Shown in pieces: positions 17,801 through 26,550 of a stretch of 64,000 nucleotides of DNA. The translations under genes and the position numbers were made by a program. Below the pieces are notes generated by a model. That model was not told where the DNA came from. It saw nothing but the letters and a program-made list of their open reading frames with translations, and made no database searches. Within the stretch, counting starts at the first letter, position 1, and each line of letters opens with the position of its first letter. The stretch is from an uncultured archaeon. Its GTDB lineage: Archaea; Asgardarchaeota; Hermodarchaeia; Hermodarchaeales; Hermodarchaeaceae. The stretch lies in contig CAYFXC010000011.1 in assembly GCA_964347045.1 (NCBI GenBank), positions 1 to 64,000 on the forward strand, read 5' to 3'.

Positions 17801-20192
17801 CCGTATCTGATTGCTTATCTTGAAGGCTTTGCTGTGATGCAAGAAATTCTTGAAAACTAGCTGAAATGTTATCTAATTTCAAATTCAGAGCTTTTTTAAT
17901 CACTGAATCGAAACTCTTGAGTCTCGCAGCAGTAATTTGCTTTGGTATTTTAGATTCGATTGCTGTTACCGCTTGTGTTTCTAGAGTTGTCATCTTGTTT
18001 CGTAATGAAGTTTGATAATCATTCAAAGCTTGGAGTGCAAAAAATGGAATATTTTCCCCCAAAATTAAATTCAAATTACTTAGAATTTCTTGATCTCGCT
18101 TTGCTAATTGCGTTGTTAGAGACCGGAAAATTCTGGCAATGGATTTATCACGGCTAATTTGTATCTCAGAAATCGCAGGTTGATAATTACCAACAGTGGT
18201 TTCTATTTTAAGAACCTGTTCTGCGCGAAGCTTGTCCGCGGTGCTTTCGATTCCTTCAGAATATTGTCTAACCATGCTTTCAAGCTTAGCTAATTCTTTT
18301 TGTAGTTCTGAAGTTGTTTTGTTTTTAATTTTTGTAAAAACTGTTCTAAAAGCCCGTGCTTCTTTTTCAAGGGCTTTTTGTTCTCTCACAGCTTGAGCCT
18401 TATTATCCGCTGCCGATTGCCTAATTGCCCCTTGTGCATATTTTAGCTGTCTACTAGCATATTTTGCTAATTGCTTTTCTGTTGCGTCAAGTGTGTTTAT
18501 TGTGGTTGTTGCTTCTGAGTTTAGGAGTTTTTGCATTTGTTTGCTAAACGTTCGATGTTGTTCTTCATGTAATCTGATTTTTGTTTGAAAGTCAGTAAGG
18601 AACCTTTCTGCTGTTTTTTGAACTGTTCGTAATCGACGTTTCAGCCGTCGTCCCACTTGATCAGAAATCGACTTGAAGTTGGTACCAAGGGTTTCTTTTT
18701 GGGTTTTACTTTCTTCGATGAGTGTTTGAAGAAGGGCTTGCACTTCAAGGATTTGAGCCAGGTAGGTATCTCGCATATCAATGCCTAAACCTTGACTTGC
18801 GTTTTCAAGAATTTGTTCATGTTCAGTTTTTACTTGCTCCATCAGGTTAGATAGAGACGCTTTGATTTTAGAAAATTGAGCAAAATTAAGAGACGATGGT
18901 GGCCACTTTGTAACTGTGGTTAAAGCTTCTTTGTGGAGACGCCGTAATTCTAAAGCACTGTGATTGTGGACATTTTTGAGATCTTGAAAGAGCTTTTCGA
19001 TAATTTGTTCTGAGGCGTCTCGATTTGATTTAATTGTTGAATCTATCGTTGTTGCTGCTCTATCCGTTTGCTGGGTGAGGAGACGGTTCTCTGTTATAAC
19101 TATTTTATTTAGCTGGGAAATTATGTTATTCAGTGCCTGAATGCGCTGTGTCCAAGTGTCTCTAATTTGAATGGCGAGATTCTGGTTATGTTTTGTTAAA
19201 TCTTGTTTGAGTTCTTTTTGTAAATTGTCTAGCATCTGTTGTGTTTCTTTTTTATAGGTGCCAATTTCGTTTGTGAGTATAATCGCAGTTTCTTCGGTGA
19301 GTTCAGATATTGCTTCTTTTTGTGAAGTGATATTAGATGCAAAGGTTTTACTTCCTCTATCTATGTTACCTTGAAGAAGAGTGTTTATTTCCTTAAGTTG
19401 TGATTTTACTTGTTCTGAGGTCGCGGTTGTTTTTGATATGAGCTCATCAGCAGTAGAACTTAGCCACTGGTTTGCTTCATCTTGATGGGTATCGATTGCC
19501 TTGGCGGCATCATCTAAGGCAAGTTTTTGTGTATCGCCTAGTTGGATGATTCCCTCATTAATGAGGTTATTTAATGCTTGTTGAATTGAAGTATTTTGGT
19601 TTGAAAGTTCGTCAGCACTTGACGATATTAGATTATCCAGGGATGTTTGCAAGTTTTCAACCAAATTACTCAATACAATGTTAGTTGCCATTGCGGCTTC
19701 GTTTAATGCAATTCCTTGACGCTCATTTAAATTCTCCAAGGCAGTTCGAGTCTGTCTGGTCATTGTTTGCAGCTCGTCGTGAATTTCACCTAATGTTTTG
19801 TTTTGGAGCTTCTGTAATTCTTTCCACGATTCTTGCGTGTCTTTTGTAAACACCTTTACTTCCTGGGCTAATTCTTTATAGGGAGCAAACGCTCGGTAAC
19901 GGGTGACCACACCTGGCAATGATTTGATGAGCTGTTTCTTTTCAAGCTCTTCAATTGTGTTTTTCATTTTGGCCATTGGAATTCCAGAATAATTACTAAC
20001 TTCATCCGCTGTCAGCTGGCCCATAACTAATAATACAGTATATGCCCGGCTTTGAGATTCAGTAAGCCTAACACGAACTTGCAAAGCGGTTAACAACTCA
20101 GATGAAATCTCAATCGGAGTAGCGCATTGAGCCGCACTTATTTCTTTAGGTGAAGTAGTTGGAGACTTTGGGTTACTTTCTTTTGGGGTCAT
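14808..20192 (-). CDS. giant TrmB-family protein: N-terminal wHTH, ~1550-aa amphipathic/coiled-coil insert, C-terminal TrmB effector-type domain
   Basis: LTESQSRAYTVLLVMGQLTADEVSNYSGIP...LEKKQLI...RYRAFAP (TrmB HTH); C-terminal TWRIVTCEGIQTHLLDMFRRVDETITLVYP...RDGEEVLIAP (TrmB EBD/PLD-like fold); Q/E/T/L-rich helical middle. Confidence 0.85.
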   Translation of the reverse strand: MTPKESNPKSPTTSPKEISAAQCATPIEISSELLTALQVRVRLTESQSRAYTVLLVMGQLTADEVSNYSGIPMAKMKNTIEELEKKQLIKSLPGVVTRYRAFAPYKELAQEVKVFTKDTQESWKELQKLQNKTLGEIHDELQTMTRQTRTALENLNERQGIALNEAAMATNIVLSNLVENLQTSLDNLISSSADELSNQNTSIQQALNNLINEGIIQLGDTQKLALDDAAKAIDTHQDEANQWLSSTADELISKTTATSEQVKSQLKEINTLLQGNIDRGSKTFASNITSQKEAISELTEETAIILTNEIGTYKKETQQMLDNLQKELKQDLTKHNQNLAIQIRDTWTQRIQALNNIISQLNKIVITENRLLTQQTDRAATTIDSTIKSNRDASEQIIEKLFQDLKNVHNHSALELRRLHKEALTTVTKWPPSSLNFAQFSKIKASLSNLMEQVKTEHEQILENASQGLGIDMRDTYLAQILEVQALLQTLIEESKTQKETLGTNFKSISDQVGRRLKRRLRTVQKTAERFLTDFQTKIRLHEEQHRTFSKQMQKLLNSEATTTINTLDATEKQLAKYASRQLKYAQGAIRQSAADNKAQAVREQKALEKEARAFRTVFTKIKNKTTSELQKELAKLESMVRQYSEGIESTADKLRAEQVLKIETTVGNYQPAISEIQISRDKSIARIFRSLTTQLAKRDQEILSNLNLILGENIPFFALQALNDYQTSLRNKMTTLETQAVTAIESKIPKQITAARLKSFDSVIKKALNLKLDNISASFQEFLASQQSLQDKQSDTAFNLARDEFIEVYSQQISKYNELVINTFNNQIKPIMRDCKTKISRQTKREKQIDKLLQVTLEKIRTLPKTVLTKEKKVVCDKLTKELETIFQTFRTQLKKQTNREKQIAAIFQSNETKLEALYKAVIPELSERHLSNQIMDLLSVFVEYQSALERQHLTNKKRVNNEFQSMLKQLIQANLVKSLKTQLNSLLKKSGRDIIDTYRRKIKDNQIALENQTAVQFQTTLEKQLRTQLQPKLREYSTTQIPSLSEPVDKVTTKIVNRITKADANTRTLIEKYWLPLTKIINDYSSSIVGNLTALNRAIGTAVDQAIVNMNTNLTNFEDDTTNLLATTVQAIDREKTGINEQITQSITEMQEDCIAQLQETQTILESLSSDVSVQKTAVTEKIKTMTSEIENTTTSYLSEISESANSFVESVQSELQTQEARVGNLKKNIQDLIQKQGTVLIEGVNKIQTQLEEVSDTQIPYAQQNIEEIGQTYATRIDEQRAAINQLLESFASSLSEETDDYVSTLQQELVQLQTVIAKLVEKIGYTSETIDTELIEQIETSKVNLLNTMNAQQTALSTETSATFQSLAEQSREIQSQMQDSLNHVAKEGKEVLDQNQTEIDNALENILNTTLSKNDKSYQLHTETLKTTTQNMIAQLGENLSTFGTKIDDSSNKLSESVTSELLRSQTEFNKLLSDIGATIDENTQTFQTVIGQEVEKALQSQSKAMSLTETRLNRAVQDSMRRMKESLQNFKGATSKDLQQKNRSVTATIKQVLDNAKEGLVTQTQQTGRRLSRTLSKERQTLKVEYQSLAKEITARAKTAETTAINTLQLFTTQTEPTLNRLRTQASQTEEILIGLWDTLTKMEPAEAERTWRIVTCEGIQTHLLDMFRRVDETITLVYPSFDEVPITELSKVQPQNRIHIITTLDGEKHLAIAQKLLQQGNIRIWNNPKMEFYGGSRDGEEVLIAPTYGNQGEIVAVVSDQASYIALFNQTLGPRWISSSNEIRLRD

Positions 20193-20311
20193 TCATCATC
20201 ACTTCATTTCACTACAGTTTCTCACGTACGGTTTCTGAGCTCTTACACTCTACGACACTATTTGATTCTCATCACCCTCTATAAGGATGACGTGTCGAAA
20301 AATTGGCGAAT

Positions 20312-21475
20312 CTAGATTTTTTCTTTGAGTAATTGTTCTTGAGCTGCTAAGACTCCAGATCCAATTGGATATTCAAATCCCATTCGCTTTAAAACGATTT
20401 CAATAATCGCCAAAGTCGCAAGAACATCGCGCTCAGTGCAAATGTTCATGTGATTTGTCCGCCAGATCTTCCCCTTAACAGGACCTTGTCCACCTGCAAT
20501 TAAGATTCCGAGATTTCGCACCTGTTTACGGAATTCCTTATCGGTTATCCCAGAAGGATATTTGACTGCCGTAACTGTGTTTGAGTAATGTGCCGGGTCC
20601 GCTAGCAAATCAAGTCCCATTCCTTGGTAACCCGCCCGAGTGATTCGACCCAGTCGGCGGTGTCTTTCAATACGGTTTTCATATCCTTCTTCGAACATGA
20701 TTGTGAGTGATTCGTGAAGACCATAGATGAGGCTTATAGCTGACGTAAATGGTGAGTCACCAAAGCCATCATATCGTTTCTTTGCTTTCAGTAAATTCAG
20801 ATAATAAGTTGGGCTGGGCTGTTTTCTCTCGTGTATTTTCTTCCACGCACGAGATCCTACCCAAATTGCCCCAAGGCCTGGTGGTACACCAAGACATTTC
20901 TGGCTACCTGTGACAAGCATATCGAAATTCCATGTGTCAGGATAAACATAATCTCCTCCCACAGAAGTTATTCCGTCAACAAGGAGAAGTCGGTCATAGT
21001 CGCGTACAATTTGTCCGATTTCCTTTGCAGGATTTAGCACACCAGTCGACGTTTCATTATGACAAAGTGTAACGATACGAATTGAAGCATCCGTAGCAAG
21101 TGCTTCGCGAACCTTTTCAGGATCAACTGCTTGGCCATATGTATATTCCTGCTCAACTGGAACTCCACCCAACACTGTTGTTAATTCACTCCATCGCTCA
21201 CTAAATTTCCCGTTTATCAGATTCAGGACTTTTTCTCCCGGCTCCAAAGTATTAGCAATAGCTGCTTCCATTGCTGCTGTACCAGAACCTGCAAAAATCA
21301 AGACATCTTGTTCTGTTTGTAATAGTCGCTGAAGAAGCGCCACAGTTTCTTTGTACGTGTTCTGATACTCTGAAGTCCGGTGACCATATAGTACACGGGA
21401 CATTGCCCGGTAGACTCGTGGATGAACTGGCACAGGCCCAGGAATCATTAACATTGTAAGCTCTTCGTCATACAT
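20312..21475 (-). CDS. class V PLP aminotransferase (alanine-glyoxylate/serine-pyruvate family)
   Basis: LMIPGP, GSGTAAMEAA, HNETSTG, VDG, TGSQKCLGVPPGL (PLP Lys). Confidence 0.93.
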   Translation of the reverse strand: MYDEELTMLMIPGPVPVHPRVYRAMSRVLYGHRTSEYQNTYKETVALLQRLLQTEQDVLIFAGSGTAAMEAAIANTLEPGEKVLNLINGKFSERWSELTTVLGGVPVEQEYTYGQAVDPEKVREALATDASIRIVTLCHNETSTGVLNPAKEIGQIVRDYDRLLLVDGITSVGGDYVYPDTWNFDMLVTGSQKCLGVPPGLGAIWVGSRAWKKIHERKQPSPTYYLNLLKAKKRYDGFGDSPFTSAISLIYGLHESLTIMFEEGYENRIERHRRLGRITRAGYQGMGLDLLADPAHYSNTVTAVKYPSGITDKEFRKQVRNLGILIAGGQGPVKGKIWRTNHMNICTERDVLATLAIIEIVLKRMGFEYPIGSGVLAAQEQLLKEKI

Positions 21476-21557
21476 ACCTAAACAGCACCCCGTTGCTCTG
21501 ATTCCTCTGCAGAACGTTTTAGGTTAAAAGCCTTTCACATTGAATTGTAGGTGAAGT

Positions 21558-22040
21558 TCAAGCAGGAAAATGACGGTATTTCAGATAATTCAACGCTTCG
21601 TAGAAATATTTCCCACCAAAAACCCCGCTGGTCTTTAAACCTCCTAGATGCGGGTAAAAAGTATCAAAATGAAGGTGATCTGTATTAATTGCAACTCCGG
21701 GTGCTTCGATTTCATCAAAAAACGCTGCCAAATATCAGGATCCTCACTATATACTGAAGTTCGAATTCCATAAGGTGTATTATTGGCTTGAGTAATTGCT
21801 TGATCAAAGCATTGAATCTTCATGATTGGCAAGACCGGACCAAAGGTTTCTTGGTACCAGATGCGACAATCGAGAGGTACATCTCGGAGCACGGTTGGCT
21901 TATAGAATAAACCCGCTTCATCACGATCGCCGTGGACATTAATACGATAACCTCCACATACCAGTTTTGCTCCTTTCTTTAGGGCTTCTTGGGTCATATC
22001 GATTACTTGATACAAAGCACGTGTTGCCACCAATTAAGGA
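21558..22040 (-). pseudogene. aldehyde dehydrogenase 3' remnant (5'-truncated, frameshifted)
   Basis: GAKLVCGG, FYKPTVL, ETFGPVLPI, ANNTPYG; frame shifts in an A6 run at ~21717-21722, other frame continues DEIEAPGVAIN...HLGGLKTSG to stop at 21558; NAD-binding half and catalytic Cys absent. Confidence 0.8.
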
Positions 22041-22117
22041 ATAGCAATTAGGAAAGAAAGAATTTTCAGAGAAAACCTGCTCAACATAGGTAGATACTTA
22101 CATCGGGGGTTTCTAGT

Positions 22118-23323
22118 ATCTACGACGTTATTGTCGTCGGAGCAGGACCAGCTGGGTCCATAGCCGCCTACAAATGTGCCAATGCGGGGCTTAATACATT
22201 GCTACTTGACAAAGCGCGATTTCCCCGTGAAAAACCCTGTGGTGGTGCGCTCTCGGTTCGTTCCCTCAACGCCCTAAAGTTTGCTAGGATACGGCTTCCC
22301 AAATCAATTATTGAACAGAAAATATATGGATTGCAGCTCATTGGTCCAGAAGGCATACCTTTTGAATATCGTTCTGCTCGAGTAGTTGCTTATACAGTTA
22401 AACGAAGCCAATTCGACAATTTCTTAGCAAACCGAGCAGTCAAAGCAGGAGCACATTTTGAACAAGAATGCGCCGTAAACGATGTGGAACAATACTCTGA
22501 TCGTGTTCTTTGTCACACTGAAAAGGGGAGATTTGAAGGTAAACTTGTCATAGGTGCAGATGGGGCTACATCAATAATAGGGCGAAAAGTAGGTCCTCGA
22601 AAACAAATGAAGCCTAAAGAAATTGGATTAGCAATTGAAGCGGATGTTCCGGTTTCAGAAACAATTTGGGATCAGAGTCTTGATCCTTCTCTTTTGGTTA
22701 TTTGGCTGCCCTATATTCCGAGAGGCTATTTCTGGGTCTTCCCACGAAAAAACAGTCTTTCTGTAGGTTTAGGTGGCCTGGCTACTAAGTTAGGCAATGT
22801 TCCAAACTTGCTTAGAGGATTATCCAGGCGGTTTTGCGAACAATTCGGGTTGCCACCCTTTACGTTCCAAAATCTGCGTGGCCATCTTTTACCTTTCTTT
22901 GAAAATTTAATTTCACTGACGAATCAGAGAGTACTTTTGGTCGGTGACTCTGCAGGATTTATTGATGTTTTTAGCGGGCAGGGTATCTGCTATGCCCTTG
23001 AGGGAGGATTAATTGCGGCCCGAACCGTTATTGATGTCATAAAACATCATGAAACGCTTTCTGAAGCTTCTTCCAGTTATCAGTGCAGAATTCAACAACG
23101 TTTTGGGGAAGAACTCCGCTGCAGCTGGCTAATAATGCGAATAGTTCATGCACGTCCTTATGGAGGATTTCGTGCTGCACGGTTTATGAAATGGCCTGGT
23201 CCAACACTTTTTGATATTGGTAGAGGAAAAACCGATTACTACCGTATGATACGTAACCCTCTTGGGTTTTTGTATAATCTCTTCAAATTTGAATTACAAA
23301 TCCGCCTTATGAAGACATATTGA
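22118..23323 (+). CDS. geranylgeranyl reductase family FAD oxidoreductase (proposed ATC start)
   Basis: In-frame YDVIVVGAGPAGS (FAD GxGxxG) at 22121 lies upstream of track start 22199; in-frame TAG 22091; KPCGG, GADG, GYFWVFP, LLVGDSAG..D..SGQGI. Confidence 0.9.
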   Translation: MYDVIVVGAGPAGSIAAYKCANAGLNTLLLDKARFPREKPCGGALSVRSLNALKFARIRLPKSIIEQKIYGLQLIGPEGIPFEYRSARVVAYTVKRSQFDNFLANRAVKAGAHFEQECAVNDVEQYSDRVLCHTEKGRFEGKLVIGADGATSIIGRKVGPRKQMKPKEIGLAIEADVPVSETIWDQSLDPSLLVIWLPYIPRGYFWVFPRKNSLSVGLGGLATKLGNVPNLLRGLSRRFCEQFGLPPFTFQNLRGHLLPFFENLISLTNQRVLLVGDSAGFIDVFSGQGICYALEGGLIAARTVIDVIKHHETLSEASSSYQCRIQQRFGEELRCSWLIMRIVHARPYGGFRAARFMKWPGPTLFDIGRGKTDYYRMIRNPLGFLYNLFKFELQIRLMKTY

Positions 23324-23357
23324 CCGAAATTACCCCTAGCGCGTCACCTTGGGCGTA

Positions 23358-25268
23358 TCAAGTTAACAGACCATTAGCTTGAAAGTCTTTGGCAATTTCC
23401 TTGAGATCTAATTTTTTGAGGGTTTCTTCTTTTGGAATACCGGTCTGAACATCCCATCCGTAGAGCTGGTAATATTCGTTGAGCATGGGTTCAAGTTTCA
23501 CGGTTTGACCTTTACTTGGTCCCGTGGTGAACGGTTCATGAGTGAAACGTCGTGGTAGCTGATCATCTTCTCGCCTTATGCCCTCTCGAACATTGAAAGC
23601 CCGTTTCATTGTAACTAGTCGGGCGCCAATGTGCATTAATTCATCAACGCTGTCAAAGGCAGGTTCACCAGTTACAGAAGCAAGTAGTGGTGCAAAATCC
23701 TCGACCCAAAAGATGGGTGGCCATGAACATGTATACCAGCATACAATCAAACTATCACGAATTGTGTACACTTTCTCCGTAACGACTGTTGCTAGTGCTT
23801 TATGTGTTTCAACGTAGGGGTCGCAGATATCTGGGAGCTTGTCTGCTCCAAACCGTTCTGCAGCCACCTCTTTGTATGCTAGCTGATCCATAGTGACCAG
23901 GTTACGGAGATGATCAGCTCCACGAGCGGCAACAGCATGACCTAATGCCATGGATCGGTGTGCGCGTCCATCTTGCCCTGAAATTTCCATGCCCTTAACG
24001 GTCATTTCAAAGGGTTTTGCGGCATCTCCTTTTTGCTTTGCAATCCGATGGCTGCCCTCGGCCGCTAAATCACCCAAGCCTTTACGATGGGCAATTTGGT
24101 GCATCAGCTCAATTAGGGCATTTGTGTTGCCCCAATGGATATTCAATTGTTCTAGTTCTTTTTTCGTTAACAACTCGTGTTCTGCTAGCTCCATAAGAAA
24201 TGCGGCTGTAGCCCCTGCACTTATGACATCCATACCATACTCATTACACAAATGCTGAGTAACAAGAATAGTGGGAACATCATCAATTCCCACGTTACTG
24301 CCCATTGCCATTATTCCTTCATATTCAGGTCCTTCAGTGATGAGGCCTTTATGCGGACCTTTCATAACCTTGAAGGCTTTTTTGCAAGCAAGACGGCAGG
24401 TTCCACAGGCTCGAGTTGTGTGATAATAGTGGTCGTGAAATGTTTCAGCTGATATTCGATCCCACCCTTCATATACTCCTTCACGATGATTGTAAGTGGG
24501 TAACTCACCAATACTTTGTTTTGTAGCTACCAATATTGCTGTGCCATACTTTCGCATTTCGAGGGCTTGAGGATTATTTTGAACTCGGTCATGTCCATCT
24601 TGCCACAGGGTTTGGAACCGTTGAGGATCGGCTACACTCACACTTCCTGTTCCACGTACAAGAAATCCTTTCAACTTCTTGTATCCCATCACTGCACCTA
24701 ATCCTGTACGTCCTGCGGCTCGTGCACCATCTATCATTATAGCGGAGTATCGAACAGAATTTTCTCCAGCCGGTCCAATAACAGCTACATGGCCATGTTG
24801 TTGTTTTAAATTTCGACGTATTGCTTTTGAGGCCGTTAGTGTTTTCAACCCCCAATAGGGTGATCCCGAGTGGAACTGAATGTCTTGGTCCACAATCGAA
24901 AGAATCGTTGGTTTCTGTGCTTGTCCTTCCACAATGATGAAATCGTAACCGGCATATTTTATCTCAGATCCTAGGTGTCCTCCCACATGACTTTCTGCCC
25001 AAATTCCAGTCAGCGGGGATTTGCTCACAACAGCCATACGTCCTGCAGTTGGCCACGCTGTTCCTGTGGCTGGTCCAGTACAAAAAATTAGTTTATTATC
25101 AGGACTAAGTGGCTCAATTCCCTGAGCAAGCTCATGATATAAAATATAACTCGCATACCCAGTCCCCCCGATAAAACGACGTGCTAGGTCCTTGGATGTG
25201 GCTTCTATTTCCACTTTTTGATTTGTAAGATTGATTCGGAGAAGCTTCCCTGTATAACCTTTATACAA
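23358..25268 (-). CDS. aor: tungsten-dependent aldehyde:ferredoxin oxidoreductase family protein
   Basis: GYTGKLLRINL, KSPLTG, ES.VGG, AAGRTGLGAVMG.KKLK, CGTCRLAC, GPEYE, CNEYGMD, YY.LYGWD..TG.P. Confidence 0.95.
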   Translation of the reverse strand: MYKGYTGKLLRINLTNQKVEIEATSKDLARRFIGGTGYASYILYHELAQGIEPLSPDNKLIFCTGPATGTAWPTAGRMAVVSKSPLTGIWAESHVGGHLGSEIKYAGYDFIIVEGQAQKPTILSIVDQDIQFHSGSPYWGLKTLTASKAIRRNLKQQHGHVAVIGPAGENSVRYSAIMIDGARAAGRTGLGAVMGYKKLKGFLVRGTGSVSVADPQRFQTLWQDGHDRVQNNPQALEMRKYGTAILVATKQSIGELPTYNHREGVYEGWDRISAETFHDHYYHTTRACGTCRLACKKAFKVMKGPHKGLITEGPEYEGIMAMGSNVGIDDVPTILVTQHLCNEYGMDVISAGATAAFLMELAEHELLTKKELEQLNIHWGNTNALIELMHQIAHRKGLGDLAAEGSHRIAKQKGDAAKPFEMTVKGMEISGQDGRAHRSMALGHAVAARGADHLRNLVTMDQLAYKEVAAERFGADKLPDICDPYVETHKALATVVTEKVYTIRDSLIVCWYTCSWPPIFWVEDFAPLLASVTGEPAFDSVDELMHIGARLVTMKRAFNVREGIRREDDQLPRRFTHEPFTTGPSKGQTVKLEPMLNEYYQLYGWDVQTGIPKEETLKKLDLKEIAKDFQANGLLT

Positions 25269-25269
25269 T

Positions 25270-25809
25270 CTATTTGCCCTCCTGTTTGCGTAAAGGAAGT
25301 TCTGTTTGATTCAAGAAATGGTTCAGCGCCTCCATAAGCTCGTCAACCGTATATTCATCTTCAACAGGTTCATCTGTAAAAACTAACGCCTCAGTTGGAC
25401 AAAACTTAACACACTGCGGCTCTCCCGCACAGAGGTCACATTTCAATGGCATTTCTTTTCCTTCATCCAATCGAATTGCCAACTTGTGTTCTGGTTCAAT
25501 CTGGTCAAGTCCGATCACACAAGCTCGAACACATGCCCCACATTGAATACACAAGTCGCGATCTATAACCACTGCTGTTGTCTCCGGGTTTCTTGAAATT
25601 GAATCCTCTGGGCAGGCTTCTTGGCACGGTGCATCGTGACATTGCTGACAAACAATCGGCACATCCTGCACCGTTTCATCAAACGAGACAACGTGAACCC
25701 GCGCCAAACTAGGCTGAAAAATTCCCTCATGAAACTCGCTACAAACTAACTCACACACACGACACCCAGTGCATCGATGTGGCACCACAGCAACATGCAA
25801 CAGTTTCAC
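25270..25809 (-). CDS. 4Fe-4S dicluster electron-transfer subunit (HybA/DmsB-like), partner of AOR
   Basis: CTGCRVCELVC, CQQC..APC..ACP, CIQCGACVRAC, KCDLC...PQCVKFCP; abuts AOR. Confidence 0.93.
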   Translation of the reverse strand: MKLLHVAVVPHRCTGCRVCELVCSEFHEGIFQPSLARVHVVSFDETVQDVPIVCQQCHDAPCQEACPEDSISRNPETTAVVIDRDLCIQCGACVRACVIGLDQIEPEHKLAIRLDEGKEMPLKCDLCAGEPQCVKFCPTEALVFTDEPVEDEYTVDELMEALNHFLNQTELPLRKQEGK

Positions 25810-25986
25810 CCATCACTCTAATTGCTCACTTTACAGGCATTCGCACCACAAAAAAAACTTGTGAATCAACCTTGATAAAAATAGTCAAAGATTCTTGTCA
25901 CCGAACAGTTTTTCTATCCTTTTTGTTAACTGACAGGTGAACAACTGGACAAGTGGAAGCGTAACACCGTGGAAGAAGAAGGCATT

Positions 25987-26514
25987 ATGCTCAAACTCGT
26001 CGTCGCAGGAGAAGGCGGCGTCGGAAAAACCACCATGATACGGCGCTATGTTGAAGGCGTATATCATGACTCCCTGCTCACCGTGGGAACCGCCTTTGCA
26101 GCTAAGAAATTAATTATCAATGACGGACATGGGTCTACTCCTGTAAAGCTACAAGTATGGGATTTTGGTGGGGAGAAGCGGTTTAGGTTTTTATTGCCTA
26201 AGTTTTGCTTTGGTGCACGGGGGGCAATGTTGTGCTTTGATTTGAATCGGTTTAGTACTTTTTTAAAACTGGATGAATGGTTGGGACTGATTCGCAGTAA
26301 TACTGAGAAGATTCCCGTTATTTTGATTGGGATGAAGGCAGATTTGCATCGAGCGGTGAATCGGAAGGAAGTTATTCAGTTTGCGAAAGATCATGGGTTC
26401 AAGGCGTATTTTGAGACAAGTGCGAAGGATGATTTGAATGTGACCCCCGCTTTCGAATATATTGGGAAAGAGATGCTCGAATATATTCGGCAGCGTGTAG
26501 CAAAATCCTCTTAA
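25987..26514 (+). CDS. Rab-like small GTPase
   Basis: KLVVAGEGGVGKTT, TVG, KLQVWDFGGE.RFR, G4 GMKAD, G5 ETSAK; no C-terminal prenylation Cys; ATG 25987 (track uses GTG 25969). Confidence 0.92.
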   Translation: MLKLVVAGEGGVGKTTMIRRYVEGVYHDSLLTVGTAFAAKKLIINDGHGSTPVKLQVWDFGGEKRFRFLLPKFCFGARGAMLCFDLNRFSTFLKLDEWLGLIRSNTEKIPVILIGMKADLHRAVNRKEVIQFAKDHGFKAYFETSAKDDLNVTPAFEYIGKEMLEYIRQRVAKSS

Positions 26515-26550
26515 CCCCCACCGCTATTTTGAATTAATTGTTCTCTTTGA

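Noticed and set aside
14808-20192. SMC/Rad50 call for the giant coiled-coil protein
   Set aside because: No Walker A/B, signature motif, hinge or CxxC hook; termini are TrmB-like
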